From: Trichodelitschia bisporula
Lineage: Eukaryota
Direction: 5' to 3'
DNA: 64,000 nt
Assembly (NCBI GenBank): GCA_010356995.1
Contig: ML996689.1
Location: 62,001 to 126,000 of the forward strand
This document shows, in pieces, positions 10,471-23,000 of the stretch. The notes beneath the pieces are model-generated. The model ran no database searches and was not told the DNA's origin. It worked only from the letters and a program-made list of their open reading frames with translations. Every line of letters begins with the position of its first letter. Position 1 is the stretch's first letter. Both the position numbers and the translations under genes were made by a program.

Positions 10471-12213
10471 ATGAAGTCGGATGAGAAGCCAGACGTGCTG
10501 GAGCGCGATTCGCCGTCACCAGACCTCGACCCCGAGCGCGGGGCGGACATCGAGCCCGTAGAGGAAAAAGCATCACCCGAGGTCGCGAATCTGATGGATT
10601 TGGACAAGGGCCTCGTGGGATGGGACAGCGAAGACGACGATGAGAACCCACAGTACGTACCGGCAACCCGCCCGATCAGCTCTCCCCGCTAAGTTTCAGA
10701 AACTGGCGACCCTGGAAAAAAGCTTACAACATGATCCTAATCGGCACAATCTCAACCCTCAGGTACTTGCCCCTCCCCCCCAAACCCCTCGCCTCCTCAA
10801 TGGTCGCCCCCGGCACCGCCCTCACAATGGCCAGCCTGCACGAACCAAGCGCCGTAATCGGCTCCTTCAGTGTCACAATCTTCGTCCTGGGCTACGCCGT
10901 CGGCCCCCTGTTCCTCGGCCCGCTGAGCGAGATGTACGGGCGGTATATCGTGGTGTGCGCGAGCACCGCCGTATTCGACGCATTCCTGCTCGGCAGCGCG
11001 CTGGCGCCGAATATGCCGGGGCTGATCGTAATGCGTTTCCTGGCTGGCATCGGTGGCAGCGGCGTGATGACCATTGCGCCCGCCATTGTTGCGGATATGT
11101 ACCCCATTGAGCGCCGCGCGTTCACTATGAGCCTAATCATCATGGCGCAGAGCGCTGGGCCGGCGCGTAGGTCTCCCCGGGTCCCTCGTGAGGCGGCTGC
11201 TGATGCGTGTAGTTGGTCCTATTTGCGGCGGATTCATTGCTGAGGGCCTGGGCTGGCGGTGGGCGTACTGGATTCTGCTCATGGCGGCGGGGGCTACAAC
11301 CGTATTCCTGCTGCTCTTCATGCCCGAGTCGTATGCGCCGATCGTACTGGCGCGCAAAGCGGCCCGTCTGCGCAAGGAGACAGGGCGGGAAGACCTACAA
11401 ACCCGGCTGGCGCGGGCGGACAACCAATCCACGTTGCTGCGCACAAGCATCGTGCGGCCGCTGAAGGTTCGTCTCCAAGACACCCCCCACTCGAAAACGA
11501 TACTAATTCGCCGGGCAGCTCCTCACCAAATCCCCCATCGCAATCATGATCTGCGGGTACATCGCCACCGTATATGGCTTCCTATACCTCATGTTCACGA
11601 CCATCCCCGACGTATTCCGCGGCTCGTACGGGTGGTCGACATCCATCACAGGCCTCGCCTACACAGGCCTGTGCATCGGGATGCTCGTCGCACTCGCGGT
11701 GATCATGTGCACCAGCGACGCGGCCGCGATGCGGCTCACGCGGGCCAACGGGGGCAAATTCGAGCCCGAGTTCCGGATGCCGCATTCCTTTTATTACGCC
11801 ACGCTGCTGCCCGTGTCGCTGCTGTGGTACGGGTGGACGGCGGAGAAGGGCGTGCACTGGTGCGTCCCATGCCCCCTCAGCACAATCCCTTCCCAACTAA
11901 CGAGCCCAGGATATCGCCCATCATCGGTATGTCGCTCTTCGGCGCCGGCATGCTGGGCCTGTTCATGGCCTCGCAGCTGTACCTCGTCGACGCGTACCCG
12001 CTGTACGCAGCCTCAGCCGCGGCCACCGTTCGTACGGCGTTGAGTATCATAGGCGCGTTTTTGCCTCTTGCTGGTCCACCGCTGTATTCGGCGCTCGGCG
12101 TGGGGAAGGGGAATACGGTGCTGGCGGGGATATCGGTGGCTATGCTGCCGATTCCGATATTACTGTACCGGTATGGGAAGGGGATTCGGGAGCGATGGCC
12201 GGTGGAGTTGTAG
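10471..12213 (+). CDS. MFS transporter, DHA1 (drug:H+ antiporter) family
   Basis: VGWDSEDDDENPQ..W, GPLFLGPLSEMYGR, RFLAGIGG, GWRWAYW, MPESYAPIVL and YLVDAYPLYAASA. Multi-exon with several canonical short introns. Confidence 0.88.
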
Positions 12214-12262
12214 GTGGGGTAGACAAAGGCGTGTTTTGGTATGTCTGTGATGCGTGCGTGCC

Positions 12263-12325
12263 GTTGTGATGGTTGTGATGGTTGTGATGGTTGTGATGGT
12301 TGTGATGGTTGTGATGGTTGTGATG
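12263..12325. repeat. 9-bp tandem repeat (GTTGTGATG)x7
   Basis: Seven consecutive perfect units, 50 bp downstream of the MFS stop codon. Confidence 0.95.
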
Positions 12326-13167
12326 TTGGGATGTCGGTGACGCACGCGATGATGCGGAAGGGTTGGGCTTGTGTTGGACGCTCCTTCCCGGGGGTCGAGT
12401 ATCCAGGCTCGCTGGCGAAGATGAAGCCTGAATGCATGACCAGTATTCGAGACTTCATAGTACGCTGACCATGTTGTCGGCGGCTGGGCAGTCTGGAACA
12501 CTGAACGCGAGACGCGCAATGAGACGTGACGCGATGCGGCATCAAGATCGGGTCAGCATTATCTACGTTGATGGGGAGCACGTAGCATTCACAGAGCACT
12601 CAGTTAAATATGAACAGCCATGAAGCAGTTGGATATATCCGTCATGATCAGAATTACCACAGCGCAAACTCTTCCTCGACAGCCCGCACCAGGCGAACCC
12701 ATCGATGAAAAGAAGCATAAGAGCAGACCATCAAAAATTAAGCCAGTGAGGCCCCCGAAGGAGACTCATACCAACACCTCTCCACGCTGTGCAATGCAGG
12801 AGGTCCTGGCAGGCTTCCGCATTCTTGAGCGCGGATAGCCCCAACAAGGTAAGTATGAAGAAGAGAAGAAGAGGAGGAGGAGGGGAGAGGGCGGTTTTTA
12901 TACCCTCCGAGAGAGGGAGTCAGCTGATCTGGAAAAAGGTTTCTCCGGCTTCAGAAAGGTGCAAGGGCCGTGCCAAAAGGTCGTGGCTGCCCTCGCGCAC
13001 AAAGTCGCCTAGGCAGGGCGGCCACGACTTTTTCCCACGGCCCTTGGTGCATCCTGCACGGCTGTCGGAACATATTTGAGCCGACAAAAAGTTCTGTGAG
13101 CTTCACGGCGCAAATCTTCTCGAGCCTGAACAGTCACTTTTTACGATACCCCTCGCGTTCCGCAATC

Positions 13168-14712
13168 ATGTTTTCCGTTTCTGGATGGAACATATCCGCT
13201 CCCTTGAAAGCTCAGGAAGACAATTCTGCTGCTGCCGCAAAACCCGAGAATCCAAAGAAGCGCAAGCGATTGAACCAGGCCAAGAGCACGCCAGTCACTG
13301 CGGAGAATGTCGTTGATCTATGGTCGAAACATATTGGTGATGAGGAGGATGGAGCAGCTAAGAGGCCCAAGTTGGATCAGGCCGGAAAGAAGAAGCGAGT
13401 GCGCAAGCCTAAGGGGCCAAAAGACGGCAATGAGAAATCTCCCAAAGTGGATGAGGACGACCAGCAGACCGAACCTACAGAGCCCGAACCAATTCCGCAG
13501 TCAGTAGACGACTCCAGCGCCCAGAAGCCGAAGAAGGACAAGAAGAGCAATAAAGACAAGAAGGACAAGCTCCGCAAGCCCGTCGAAGCATCCAATCCCA
13601 CCGACAAGCCCGCCAAACCCACCAAACCCACCTCAACCACCGCCGCAACCACCCTCTCCCTCCCCCCAGCAGTAAACCTAACCCCCCTCCAAACCTCTAT
13701 GCGCGCCAAACTCGCCTCCGCCCGCTTCCGCCACCTAAACCAAACCCTCTACACCACCACCTCTACCAGCGCCCTCTCCCTCTTCACTCAAAACCCGGAC
13801 ATGTTCACCGAGTACCACGCCGGCTTCGCCCAGCAAGTCGAGGTCTGGCCCGAGAATCCAGTGGACACGTATATAGCCGACATCCGCGCGCGCGGTGCCG
13901 TGAAACTAAACGCCAAGGGCGAGAGGAAGGGCCATAAGACCGACGCCGAAGCGGGCGTCCCGCCGCTCCCGCGCGTTCACGGCGAGTGCACGATCGCGGA
14001 TCTAGGCTGCGGGTCCGCGCGCCTGGCCGCGGAGCTCCAACCCCAGCTCAAAAAACTCCATATCCAAATCCGCAGCTTCGACCTCGCGGCCCCCTCCCCC
14101 CTCATCGAAAAAGCAGACATAGCCTCCCTCCCCCTCCCCCCCTCCTCCATCGACATCGCCATCTTCTGCCTCGCGCTCATGGGGACAAACTGGACAGATT
14201 TCATCGACGAGGCGTGGCGGGTGCTGCGCTGGCGGGGCGAGTTATGGGTCGCGGAGATCAAGAGCCGTTTCGCGGGCCGGAAGGACAAGGTGGTTGAGCA
14301 TAGTGTGGGGAAGAAGAAGAAGCATGGGAATCAACGGTCTGAGGCGGAGAGGAAGAGGGCGGTGGAGGCGGAGACGAAGACAGAGGATGCGTTGGCTGTG
14401 GAGGTGGATGGCGTGGAGGCGAAGCGCGAGACAGATGTTGCGGCTTTTGTGGATGTGCTGCGGGGAAGAGGGTTTGTGCTTGATGGGGATACGGCGAGCG
14501 CTGTTGATATGGGGAACAAGATGTTTGTGCGGTTGCGCTTCATCAAGGGCGCGACACCCGTGCGCGGCAAGAACGTGCGAAAGGAAGGCGCGGCCGGGGC
14601 AGGGGCGGAGACGTGGAAGCCGAAGCAAAAGGGCAAGTGGCTCGAGGAGCCGGCCATCAGCCCCGAGGACGAAAACGCGGTGCTCAAGCCATGTGTTTAC
14701 AAACTCCGGTAG
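13168..14712 (+). CDS. RRP8: rRNA-processing protein 8 (25S rRNA adenine-N1 methyltransferase)
   Basis: MFSVSGW start, LTPLQTSMRAKLASARFRHLNQTLYT, YHAGFAQQVEVWPENPVD, IADLGCG, DIAIFCLALMGTNW and C-terminal LKPCVYKLR. Confidence 0.95.
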   Translation: MFSVSGWNISAPLKAQEDNSAAAAKPENPKKRKRLNQAKSTPVTAENVVDLWSKHIGDEEDGAAKRPKLDQAGKKKRVRKPKGPKDGNEKSPKVDEDDQQTEPTEPEPIPQSVDDSSAQKPKKDKKSNKDKKDKLRKPVEASNPTDKPAKPTKPTSTTAATTLSLPPAVNLTPLQTSMRAKLASARFRHLNQTLYTTTSTSALSLFTQNPDMFTEYHAGFAQQVEVWPENPVDTYIADIRARGAVKLNAKGERKGHKTDAEAGVPPLPRVHGECTIADLGCGSARLAAELQPQLKKLHIQIRSFDLAAPSPLIEKADIASLPLPPSSIDIAIFCLALMGTNWTDFIDEAWRVLRWRGELWVAEIKSRFAGRKDKVVEHSVGKKKKHGNQRSEAERKRAVEAETKTEDALAVEVDGVEAKRETDVAAFVDVLRGRGFVLDGDTASAVDMGNKMFVRLRFIKGATPVRGKNVRKEGAAGAGAETWKPKQKGKWLEEPAISPEDENAVLKPCVYKLR

Positions 14713-14781
14713 TTGCCTCTATATGTTTCTACGCCGATAATCTATGTTACAGACTCAATCCCATCAATTGCCTGTTTTGCT

Positions 14782-16058
14782 TTACATGACACCCTTCCGC
14801 TGCGGCTGCATTCCCGCCCACAGCACGATCGGCGGCCCTGTCATCCGCAGCAGCAGCAGCAGTACGCCCACACCGCTGGCCAGGATGACAGCATGTCGCG
14901 TACGCGGCCGCCGCTCGCCGAATTCGGCCCATGCGCGCAGTCCGGACGCGACCTGCTGCCGGATCGTCTCACCACCGAGCTTATAGTAGATCAATCCCGC
15001 GAGCGCGATGCTGTAGCCAAAGAACTGCGTGCCTGTAACGGGGGAGGCGAAGAGCAGGATCGAGGCCGTGACGAGGAGGATGTCTTTCAGGACGCCGCAG
15101 AGGGTGAGGACCAGGGAGGAGGTTTTGCCGATCTGCGTTGCGGTTAGTAGGTGAGTGGAAGGAGGGGAAAGGGGGGATACCAGGAGGACGAGCGAGACGT
15201 TGAGCATGAATGCGACGCTCGCGTTAGCAATGAGGTTCCCCACGCCGACGCGCCAGATGTCCGCGCTACTAATGACCGGAACCTCGACGGCGAGGGCGAC
15301 GATCCCGTTCATCAGCGCGCAGATCGGGGCGTAGTAGTAAAGGCTGACGATGGGGTCCATCTTGTACTGCGCGCTGTTGAGCAGGCGCTCAATCAGCACG
15401 AGGCGCATGGCCTCGAAGCATGTCGCGCCGGCCTGGTACAAGAATCCAGTGAGGTTGAAGTGGATCTCGCCGTATGAGGCGATTACGACGCCGAGCACGA
15501 TCACGAGGACTTTTAGCAGCGTTGGCTTGGAGAAAGGCGCTATGCCGAAGGTCCAGGTGAAGGTGAGGACGACGACCGGGTTCGTGGCTTTGAGCATTTG
15601 GATGAAGGCGACGCTGAGGTACAGGTAGGCTTTGTTGCCGCAGATCAGACTGAGACTGAAGAAGAAGCCTACTGGCATGATGGCTTTGATGTACACGCGT
15701 GGTGTCATCTTCACGCTGTGCCGCTGATCGAGCAGTGTCGTACTATGTGCCATGATTTGGGTCATTATTGTCGCAAATGCCATGTGCCACGTCGTGAGGA
15801 TAACGGGGTAGCGGAATCCGAGCGTGTCGAGTATCCATTTGTTGTACAAGATCGTGCCACTGCTGAAGGCAATCCATGCGCTGTATGTGGTGTGAGTGAC
15901 AGCCTCAAGTTGCGAGCGGTACTCGGTACTTACGCAACGTAGAAAGCGGCATGGGGCGACGACGGCTTCTCCACGGGCTTCTCCAGCAAGGTATCCACAT
16001 CCGCGCGGTCAAGAATTTCTAGCTCTTCAGAGAGCCGTTCGGGGTCCTTGGAAGCCAT
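14782..16058 (-). CDS. Triose-phosphate/nucleotide-sugar transporter family protein (TPT, CAS4-like)
   Basis: YNKWILDTLGFRYPVILTTWH, SLICGNKAYLYLSVAFIQMLKA, MDPIVSLYYYAP and IGKTSSLVLTLCGVLKDI. Introns at 15881-15933 and 15133-15180. Confidence 0.9.
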
Positions 16059-17829
16059 TGCGCAGTTGGAGAGCGAGTTAGCGAGGTAGCGAGCGAAGAA
16101 GAGGCCAAAGTCGCAGCAACGCGCGCGGGCAAACGCACGCAAATAAGCACCCAAGAAATGCAAAGGGTCGTCTAATAACGGATAAGATGCAATATACGCC
16201 GTGCCGTCGGCCGTTCGCCAGGCAATTTACAAGCCAGATACTGGGGACGGGGATCGTCATGGCAGCTTTGCGTGCGGGCTTGGCGCGGGGGGGTATTCTG
16301 GATGCATCGTCTCAGGCTCGGAACGAAATGCAGTTCTTTGCAGCATGGGGAATGGTTCGGAGTGTGTGGAGATCTTGGGCTTTGGATGTGTCGTGTTGTG
16401 TCTCAAGGACGTCGGGAGGGGCCGAGGGGTAGGGGTTTTGGAGGTTGTTTCGAGGCCGCCCGGTACAGCTTGAGCTTGAAGTACAGTGGGCCGAGACCGT
16501 GACAACGTCCGATGTTCTAGAAATTCCCATTTGACAGTGACAAGCATCTTTAGTCGAGTCAGTGGAATGAACGCACGGCAAAGACATATCGGACAGGCAC
16601 TCAACTGTCCGACATGACGGATATGGTTTGATTCCTTGGGCGGCCAGGTGTCTTCAATAACTGCGTCCATGCAGCCATTCAGTAACCACGTATGATGCTA
16701 TGCCAGAATATTCATGTCCGCAAGGCACCTCATGGCGATGAGCATCATCGTTGCTGGTTCAGGGAGTGTCGACATCAGTCACAAGATTGGATGGAATGTG
16801 AGGTCGCGATGCAATCCGCCCGTATGTACTTGGTGGATAGATAATATGGGAGGGGTGAAAGGTGTTGATGGTTGAGGCAAGAGGAAGGAGTATGTTGTCG
16901 ATGTGAGACCATGCTTCGTCATCCAGCCGTATGCGGGAGTCACGATCCATAACTTCGGCAGGAACCACCTCCCCCCCGATACCGCTGGTAAATGGTCTGG
17001 CAGTAACCTCATGCCACTGAACGACCAGTGCAAAATGGCCAGCGAGCTCCCAAAGCCTTTGGTACCCTCAAGTCCCAGTGCCGGCCACTAGACATCTGTC
17101 CAGGGTTATTACCCGGGTACTGGTATGAGCTGACCATAGGGAACCTTGACATTCCATTGAGAGCCATGGCGAGCGCACCGGGAATCAAAGTCTCCGCTAT
17201 ACCTTTCAGTCCCGTCGGCGTGGAGTCCGGCGCGTGATATCGTGCCCCCGCATGGGAGCATATTGATTTCTGAGTACACACCTAGATCAAATGAAGCGTT
17301 AGCGAAAGCTCCATCTAGATGACAAGGGTGTATGTCTGCTCATATATAAACGCCGCTGGCTTGCCGGAGCAATTTCAGCTCATCGCACTTCGAGAAAGTC
17401 GGGGCGGGTAGAGAGATGACAGTTTATACCGCGAGATGTAACAGGAAGAAGCTGCTTACATTTTTATGGATTTAGCGGAGAGCTACAGTGTTTCTCCTCA
17501 ATCATACCCGAGCCTCAGTTCGACGGAAGAGGTTGAACTAAGCCTGGCAGTATGCGGGACGATATCGTATTCGGTGCAATTAACCGTTCTTCTCACTCAG
17601 TATGGGGAAGCTGGAAATGTTGTTCCCAGCGATTCTCCAACTTGCCAAACAGGAAGGATTTGGCCCCAGTTCCATGAACTTTGTAAAGGATTGCTGCCTA
17701 TACCAAGAACAGGTGTTTCGTCAGGACACTGGGGTCGAATCCTTCGCTGTTGACCAGACTCGCTGGAGATGATAAGCAGATGGAAGGGCAGGAGACTCGC
17801 TGTCCCCAGCTTTGTGGTCTTCCCCAGCC

Positions 17830-18554
17830 ATGGCTGGAATCGGACTTCAACGCAATGCCTCCTCGGAGTGCATCATCGCCAGATCAATGAATTTAGTAGA
17901 GCCCGCGGCACCGGCGGAAGCTTCAGAGTCAACCCCACTAATTCCCAAACCAGTGCGTAGGTCACCGCTCGTCTTCTTAATGTGCGCGGCTCGATTGATC
18001 ATCATCGCACTGGGGATTGCATCACTCTCCGTGACCATTTACGCTCACGTCAAATTCGGGGAGATATATCACTACGCCTACGCCGCCGTGAGTAGTCCCT
18101 GAAAGCGCGTGTGCTCAAGGACTGATTCCTACAGCTTCTCTTCAGCCTGGTAGGCAACATTGCGATCGTTGTTGCGAGCTTGGGTTTGAAGGCCGCCTTT
18201 GCCGGCGCGGTATTCGTTGTCCAGATCGGCCTCATTGCTATGGCGTCGCTTGCATGGGCTTTTGTAAGCGCTGTCTTCGGGCCGTGGTTCAGGACTGGTA
18301 TGCCTGGAGACGAAGACATCCCAGCACATCGTCGTCTTCGGTACCAAAACGCGGGTTTGATCGTGGCCCTGTTGTAAGCTCTCTCCCCCCGATGGCGCCG
18401 GACTTCAGAAGGCTTTGCTAGCAAGCATTGCAGCGCCGGCCATGGTATCATGTGGCTATTCCCGGATTTTGCCTACATATTTTCCTACTTCCAGAGGCTA
18501 AGAGGGTGGTGGGCTCGAGAGGTCCGCGAGCGACAAGCTTCTATCCCGGCATAG
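17830..18554 (+). CDS. Hypothetical small multi-pass membrane protein (about 4 TM segments, 3 exons)
   Basis: Introns 18088-18134 (GTGAGT..CTGAT..CAG) and 18374-18433 (GTAAGC..CAG) join three exons in frame with hydrophobic segments and an N-terminal ESTPLI motif. The start could instead be at 17887. Confidence 0.5.
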
Positions 18555-18904
18555 GACGAGGGCACGGTACGTCGGGAGTTGCTACGGTGAGAGTGTGCTT
18601 TCAACCTGCTGTACTCGGACGGTAGGCATCCATGCCTGACATCAGCCGTTGTTCTTGCCGAGACCAGTGACGCGGCCTCCGCTTTCCGCGATGCATGTGT
18701 GCTGCAAGGCCGGCGAATCGGGCGCAGCAAGTTCCGATGGATGGGCAGCGGATGACTGGGGGACCGGTAGGAAGATGCGTGGGCTGCAGTAGAGAATGTT
18801 TACAAAGTACAGCAGAAGGAGAACTGAACGTTGAATTCGGGATGCAAAGACTGCGGTTGCATGAAGGCGGGCAGGTGTAGCTGGGTGGCGTTAGCTGCGG
18901 TGTA

Positions 18905-20012
18905 CCTTAGCGGAGCAGAGGGGTCTATGGAACGATGGTTCGTCGGTTTATAAGTTTAGCGCATGGGTAATTAGAGTATCTAACGGTAAACGATTTGTTT
19001 GATAAACATTTGCTAGATAAGCCATAAGCTTCAGTAAAGCATGTTGTTATGATATAGCCCATGCACGTTTATTTCACATCCATGGTTTTGCCAGGCGAGC
19101 AGTTGATAGAGCGGTTATAAGCCCATAAACCGTTGCCACAACGGTTATCTCTATGATAGGTGGATACCTTAGGCAGCACAGGTAGTGATGGCGTAATACG
19201 GGTACCTTGCCAAGACCGTACAGCCCACATCAAAAATCTGAGCTTTTTCTCTCTCTCTCACACACACTCCACACAGCTCTATCTCCCACTCTCCACGTAG
19301 CTCTATCTCCCGCTCTCCACGCAGCTCTGTCTCCTGCTCTCCACGTAGCTCTATCTCCCGCTCTCCACGCAGCTCTGTCCCCTGCTCTCCTCGCAGCTCT
19401 GTCTCCTACTCTCCACACAGCTCTTTCTCCCGCTCTCCATGCAGCTCTATCTCCCACTCTTCACGCAGCTCTGTCTCCCGCTCTTCATACAGCTATCTCC
19501 TACTGACTATACAGTTCTATCTCCCTCTCTCCATGTAGCTCTTATGACCGTGATACGGCTAACAAGCAGTAGAGCGGCTTTCCCGCAGTCAGGCCTATAA
19601 CTAGCTAAGTATATATCTCCCCCACAACCTCCTTTGACCGCATTTGACGTATTTTGAGGTCAAATGACCTCCAGCGCGGTCCTAGGGGCGAAGGAGGGGG
19701 AGGAGGAACGGCTAGGCTTAATGAATGAAAGCTCATAGCCTACCTCACATGTTTGCTGTGTGTGCGTTTATTCCCACCCATACGTATCTTAAGTAAACGT
19801 TGATAGATGGCTTAAACGCAGTCAAAGGCGGTGAACGGGTTATAAACGCTTAGCAAGCTAACACGTTTATAGCGGTTTACTAATGTATGACTTGCTTTAG
19901 GTAGGGTAAATAAACTGTAGAGCATTGATCACAAAAATAAAACCCGTTTATTAGGATAATTATGATCCACCCATGAATCCATCGTTACAAATACCCCTCT
20001 GCTCCGCTAAGG
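18905..20012. mobile_element. Non-autonomous TIR DNA transposon (Tc1/mariner-type TA target site), 1108 bp
   Basis: Left end TA|CCTTAGCGGAGCAGAGGGGTctatggAACGATGG. Right end CCATCGTTacaaatACCCCTCTGCTCCGCTAAGG|TA. This gives a 20-bp perfect TIR extending to about 34 bp with 3 mismatches. The interior is AT/TpA-rich compared with the flanks and has no transposase ORF. Confidence 0.85.
19266..19542. repeat. 24-bp minisatellite, about 10-11 degenerate copies, inside the TIR element
   Basis: Unit approximately CTCTCCACGCAGCTCTRTCTCCCG. Variants are mostly C/T and G/A transitions. Confidence 0.9.
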
Positions 20013-23000
20013 TAGGCGTGAGGATCTTGTGCTCAACGATGCCATCTACCGATGCAGATGGAACCTCATAAGAAGCCTAGTAATATTCTCCAAGCCTTGA
20101 GCTCATCTGGCTATCTCAGATCCATATCCGGTCACCCGGTCAGCGGACAACCTTCGTTGTGCGGAACCGACACCACATTCGCTCAGCTCACGGACAATTG
20201 AATGGCCGTAGAGGTACCTTGGACGATTTCTACCCCGTCCGTACCGCCGGAATTAGCTTTGAGGCTTTGATACTGGTCTCTGGGGCGACGACATGACGCA
20301 TCGTCGCATGGTCGGGGAGTGGAGACGGGCCCGGTGTCACAGGCGGACGAATGGCACCAATCTCTTACTGTCCTCGGGAATGAAGTCGTTTCATCAACAG
20401 CTTTGTGATAGCTCTTCGAGCTGTTGCTTCTCGAGCTACTGAGCTTATGTTGATGCTGTCCAAACGGCCGCTGCGAGAAGAGTCATTAGCCGATCTCTAC
20501 GGAGTAGAGTGATGGCAATCGCACTTGCCTGGTACTCAACAACTGCGCATGCCTCCCAACCTCAGCATCGCCCGCCCCACCGGACTCCGACCCCGTTGTG
20601 TAGCCATATCAAACAGTCATATCAAACAACCCAGTCCCACCGCATGATCACAACATGAAGCCGTGATCCTTCGCTAAACATCGGTAAACACACTCGACGT
20701 CACTCATCCCCACTCCCGCTCTCCCCCTCCGCGCCACAGTGGATAGTAACCTTGGCAGGGGCACCCCGCGGCTCTGCGAAACGCGCGCCTAATCAGCGCG
20801 CCCCACCATCCATAGCCGCCGCGCCATCCACCCGCGTCAGTCATGTTACGATCGCGCCCCACAAAGCGAAATGCATCCGAAATGAACACGAGTCGCCGGT
20901 GCTATTTCTGACCGCGCCACGCTCTCTCGAAGCCGCACTTGCGCATTTAACCCAAGCCACCAAGTCGGCAGCGAAATGCTGCTCCCTACCTAGCCCGAAC
21001 ACGATATCCTCGAGACGAGGGCGCGAAGCTTGGCTGCATGCGCAGGGAAACACGCGAAACGGAGCGAGTGTTTCTTTGGATCGCGCAGTCGGCACGACGA
21101 GGCGGGCTGCGAAACGTGCGGGCGACGGTCACGATGTGATGGGGATGGAGTTCGCGAGCTAAGGATGACGCCGCCGTTGCTTTTATCGAGGCCACGTCGT
21201 CTCGATGCGGCCCCCACGGGCGACCCACGGCCCCACCCCGTGCTCGCACCCTTCATACCCGATTCCCGGCAGGGCACTGCGAGGCAGCGCCGCGGACGCA
21301 CAGCGTGTTACGTGAGTCCCGGATTGCCAGCTACGAGTACCTGCGTATATACTATCGTAGAGTTCGTATACATATCGGCGAGATATCCGAAGCGGGACGC
21401 GAAGTTTGTACCAAGTACAGGGCGTCGTCAACAGTCAGCACTACTTGTGGGGAAGGGAGAAGCGTGGTATTCTAAGAGGTGACGGAGCGGAGTCGCGCCC
21501 AGCGTGGCTTGCAGCGTTCAATAACGCGGAGCGCCTCGCCGCCTCGTAGGGCCGGCGTGGGAAAAACAGATTGGAAATCCGGCAGTTGGAGGCGAGTCCT
21601 CACGGCGGGATGCAGCATTGCTGCGCCGTCACCATTATGTTACGGGATTCCGCTGCGGAATGCGATGGCCCGACGACGGTGCGACGGACGCAAAGAGAAG
21701 GTGAAGTTTTTCGAAATGCAGGATTCATGATAGCTTCCTCTTCCTTCGGTTCATCGCAGGCGCGTTTCTGCGAGTACGGCCCGGTGGCGCAGGCGGCGCG
21801 GGTGGCGCAATGGGCGAAACGGCAATTTCAATCATGGATCAGCTAGAGCTTCCTTCGGGACGTGGACCAGTGGTGGGCGCGATCGGGGCCAAGCCGGCGT
21901 GCGCCAGAGGGGGTATAATCTCCGATGCGCGGCTGAAGGTGGTTGTTGACAACTTCACGACTCTTTATTGACGGTGTTGACGCCGACGTTCGACGCCGTT
22001 GAAAAGCGACAGACCTAGCCTTGCACTTCGTAGATCACGACAAAGCGCTCGAGCAAGCGCTACAGCATTTTGCTAATTTATCCTCACGGTTTAGCTGAAA
22101 GACCCGGCATCGCATCGAACGAGCCTCACAGCTCTCTCGTCAGAGTCAGGCCGTCGCACCCCGGCGGGCGTCGCAAATCAAACTGGCCAGGCGTTGCGAA
22201 ACAAAGTTTCCTTGCACAAACGCCTCGACAACGTCGAGGGTTGATTCGGGCGCGGCGGGGCGTGCATATTGTTTTAATCTATCAGAGTTGGGGCAGGCTG
22301 TCATTGTGCAGCACCGGCGGGGGTTGGGAGGGTGCGTTGGGCAGCGCGCAGTCTTTGTATGAAAGCTACGAGCAGTTCTGCTTCTCTCCGGACTTCGTCT
22401 TGAGCATCGTCGACTCGGAGCCCTTTTTCATGCGACGGACACACGCCCGGCTTTGGGCTTGCATTGGCTTGCTCCCGCTGCTGCTGCTGGCTGCCGCTCG
22501 CCGCGCGCCGCGCAGCGCTGCCGTCATCTAGCCCTGGCCGACTGCACACGCAGGCGGACGGGTGAGCGAGGCGCAGGGCGGCTGGGCGGCAGGCAGGCCA
22601 GGCCAGCTCTTTGCTAGCACTAGCTGCTTGCTTCAGTAGACCAGTGGACTGTCTCCTTCTCACGCATCGTCAATTTAGGGCCCTGGGAATTGGCCTGCAG
22701 GGGAGTCCCCACCGTTGACGCGCTGGCTGGCTAGTCGTGCGAGCGAACCTTGGACGGCCGGGCGAGCCCTGGTTTGTCGTTGTGCCCGCGTCCGTTGCGG
22801 AGCATGGCTCTGGCGGTGGGGAGTCGAGAAGATTCGGAGTCCGGACGTCGACATTGATGGTTCGGGGCAGGTGATTGTGATTCTTAGTGGGAGAGTTCGC
22901 CGTGGTAGAGTGCCTTGCTGCGCTTCTTCTAGCGAATGACGGTAGAGCAGTCCGGAGGGTCGTCGTACCCCTCTTTCATGCTGGGCAGGTGAGATAGAGG

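Noticed and set aside
16300..17750. Possible decayed gene on the minus strand
   Set aside because: One acceptor-like signal near 17282 and short ORFs, but no consistent exon chain or recognisable motif.
19207..19506. LHAALSPA / RAAWRAGD repeat ORFs as genes
   Set aside because: Translations of the 24-bp minisatellite inside the TIR element, with no ATG context.
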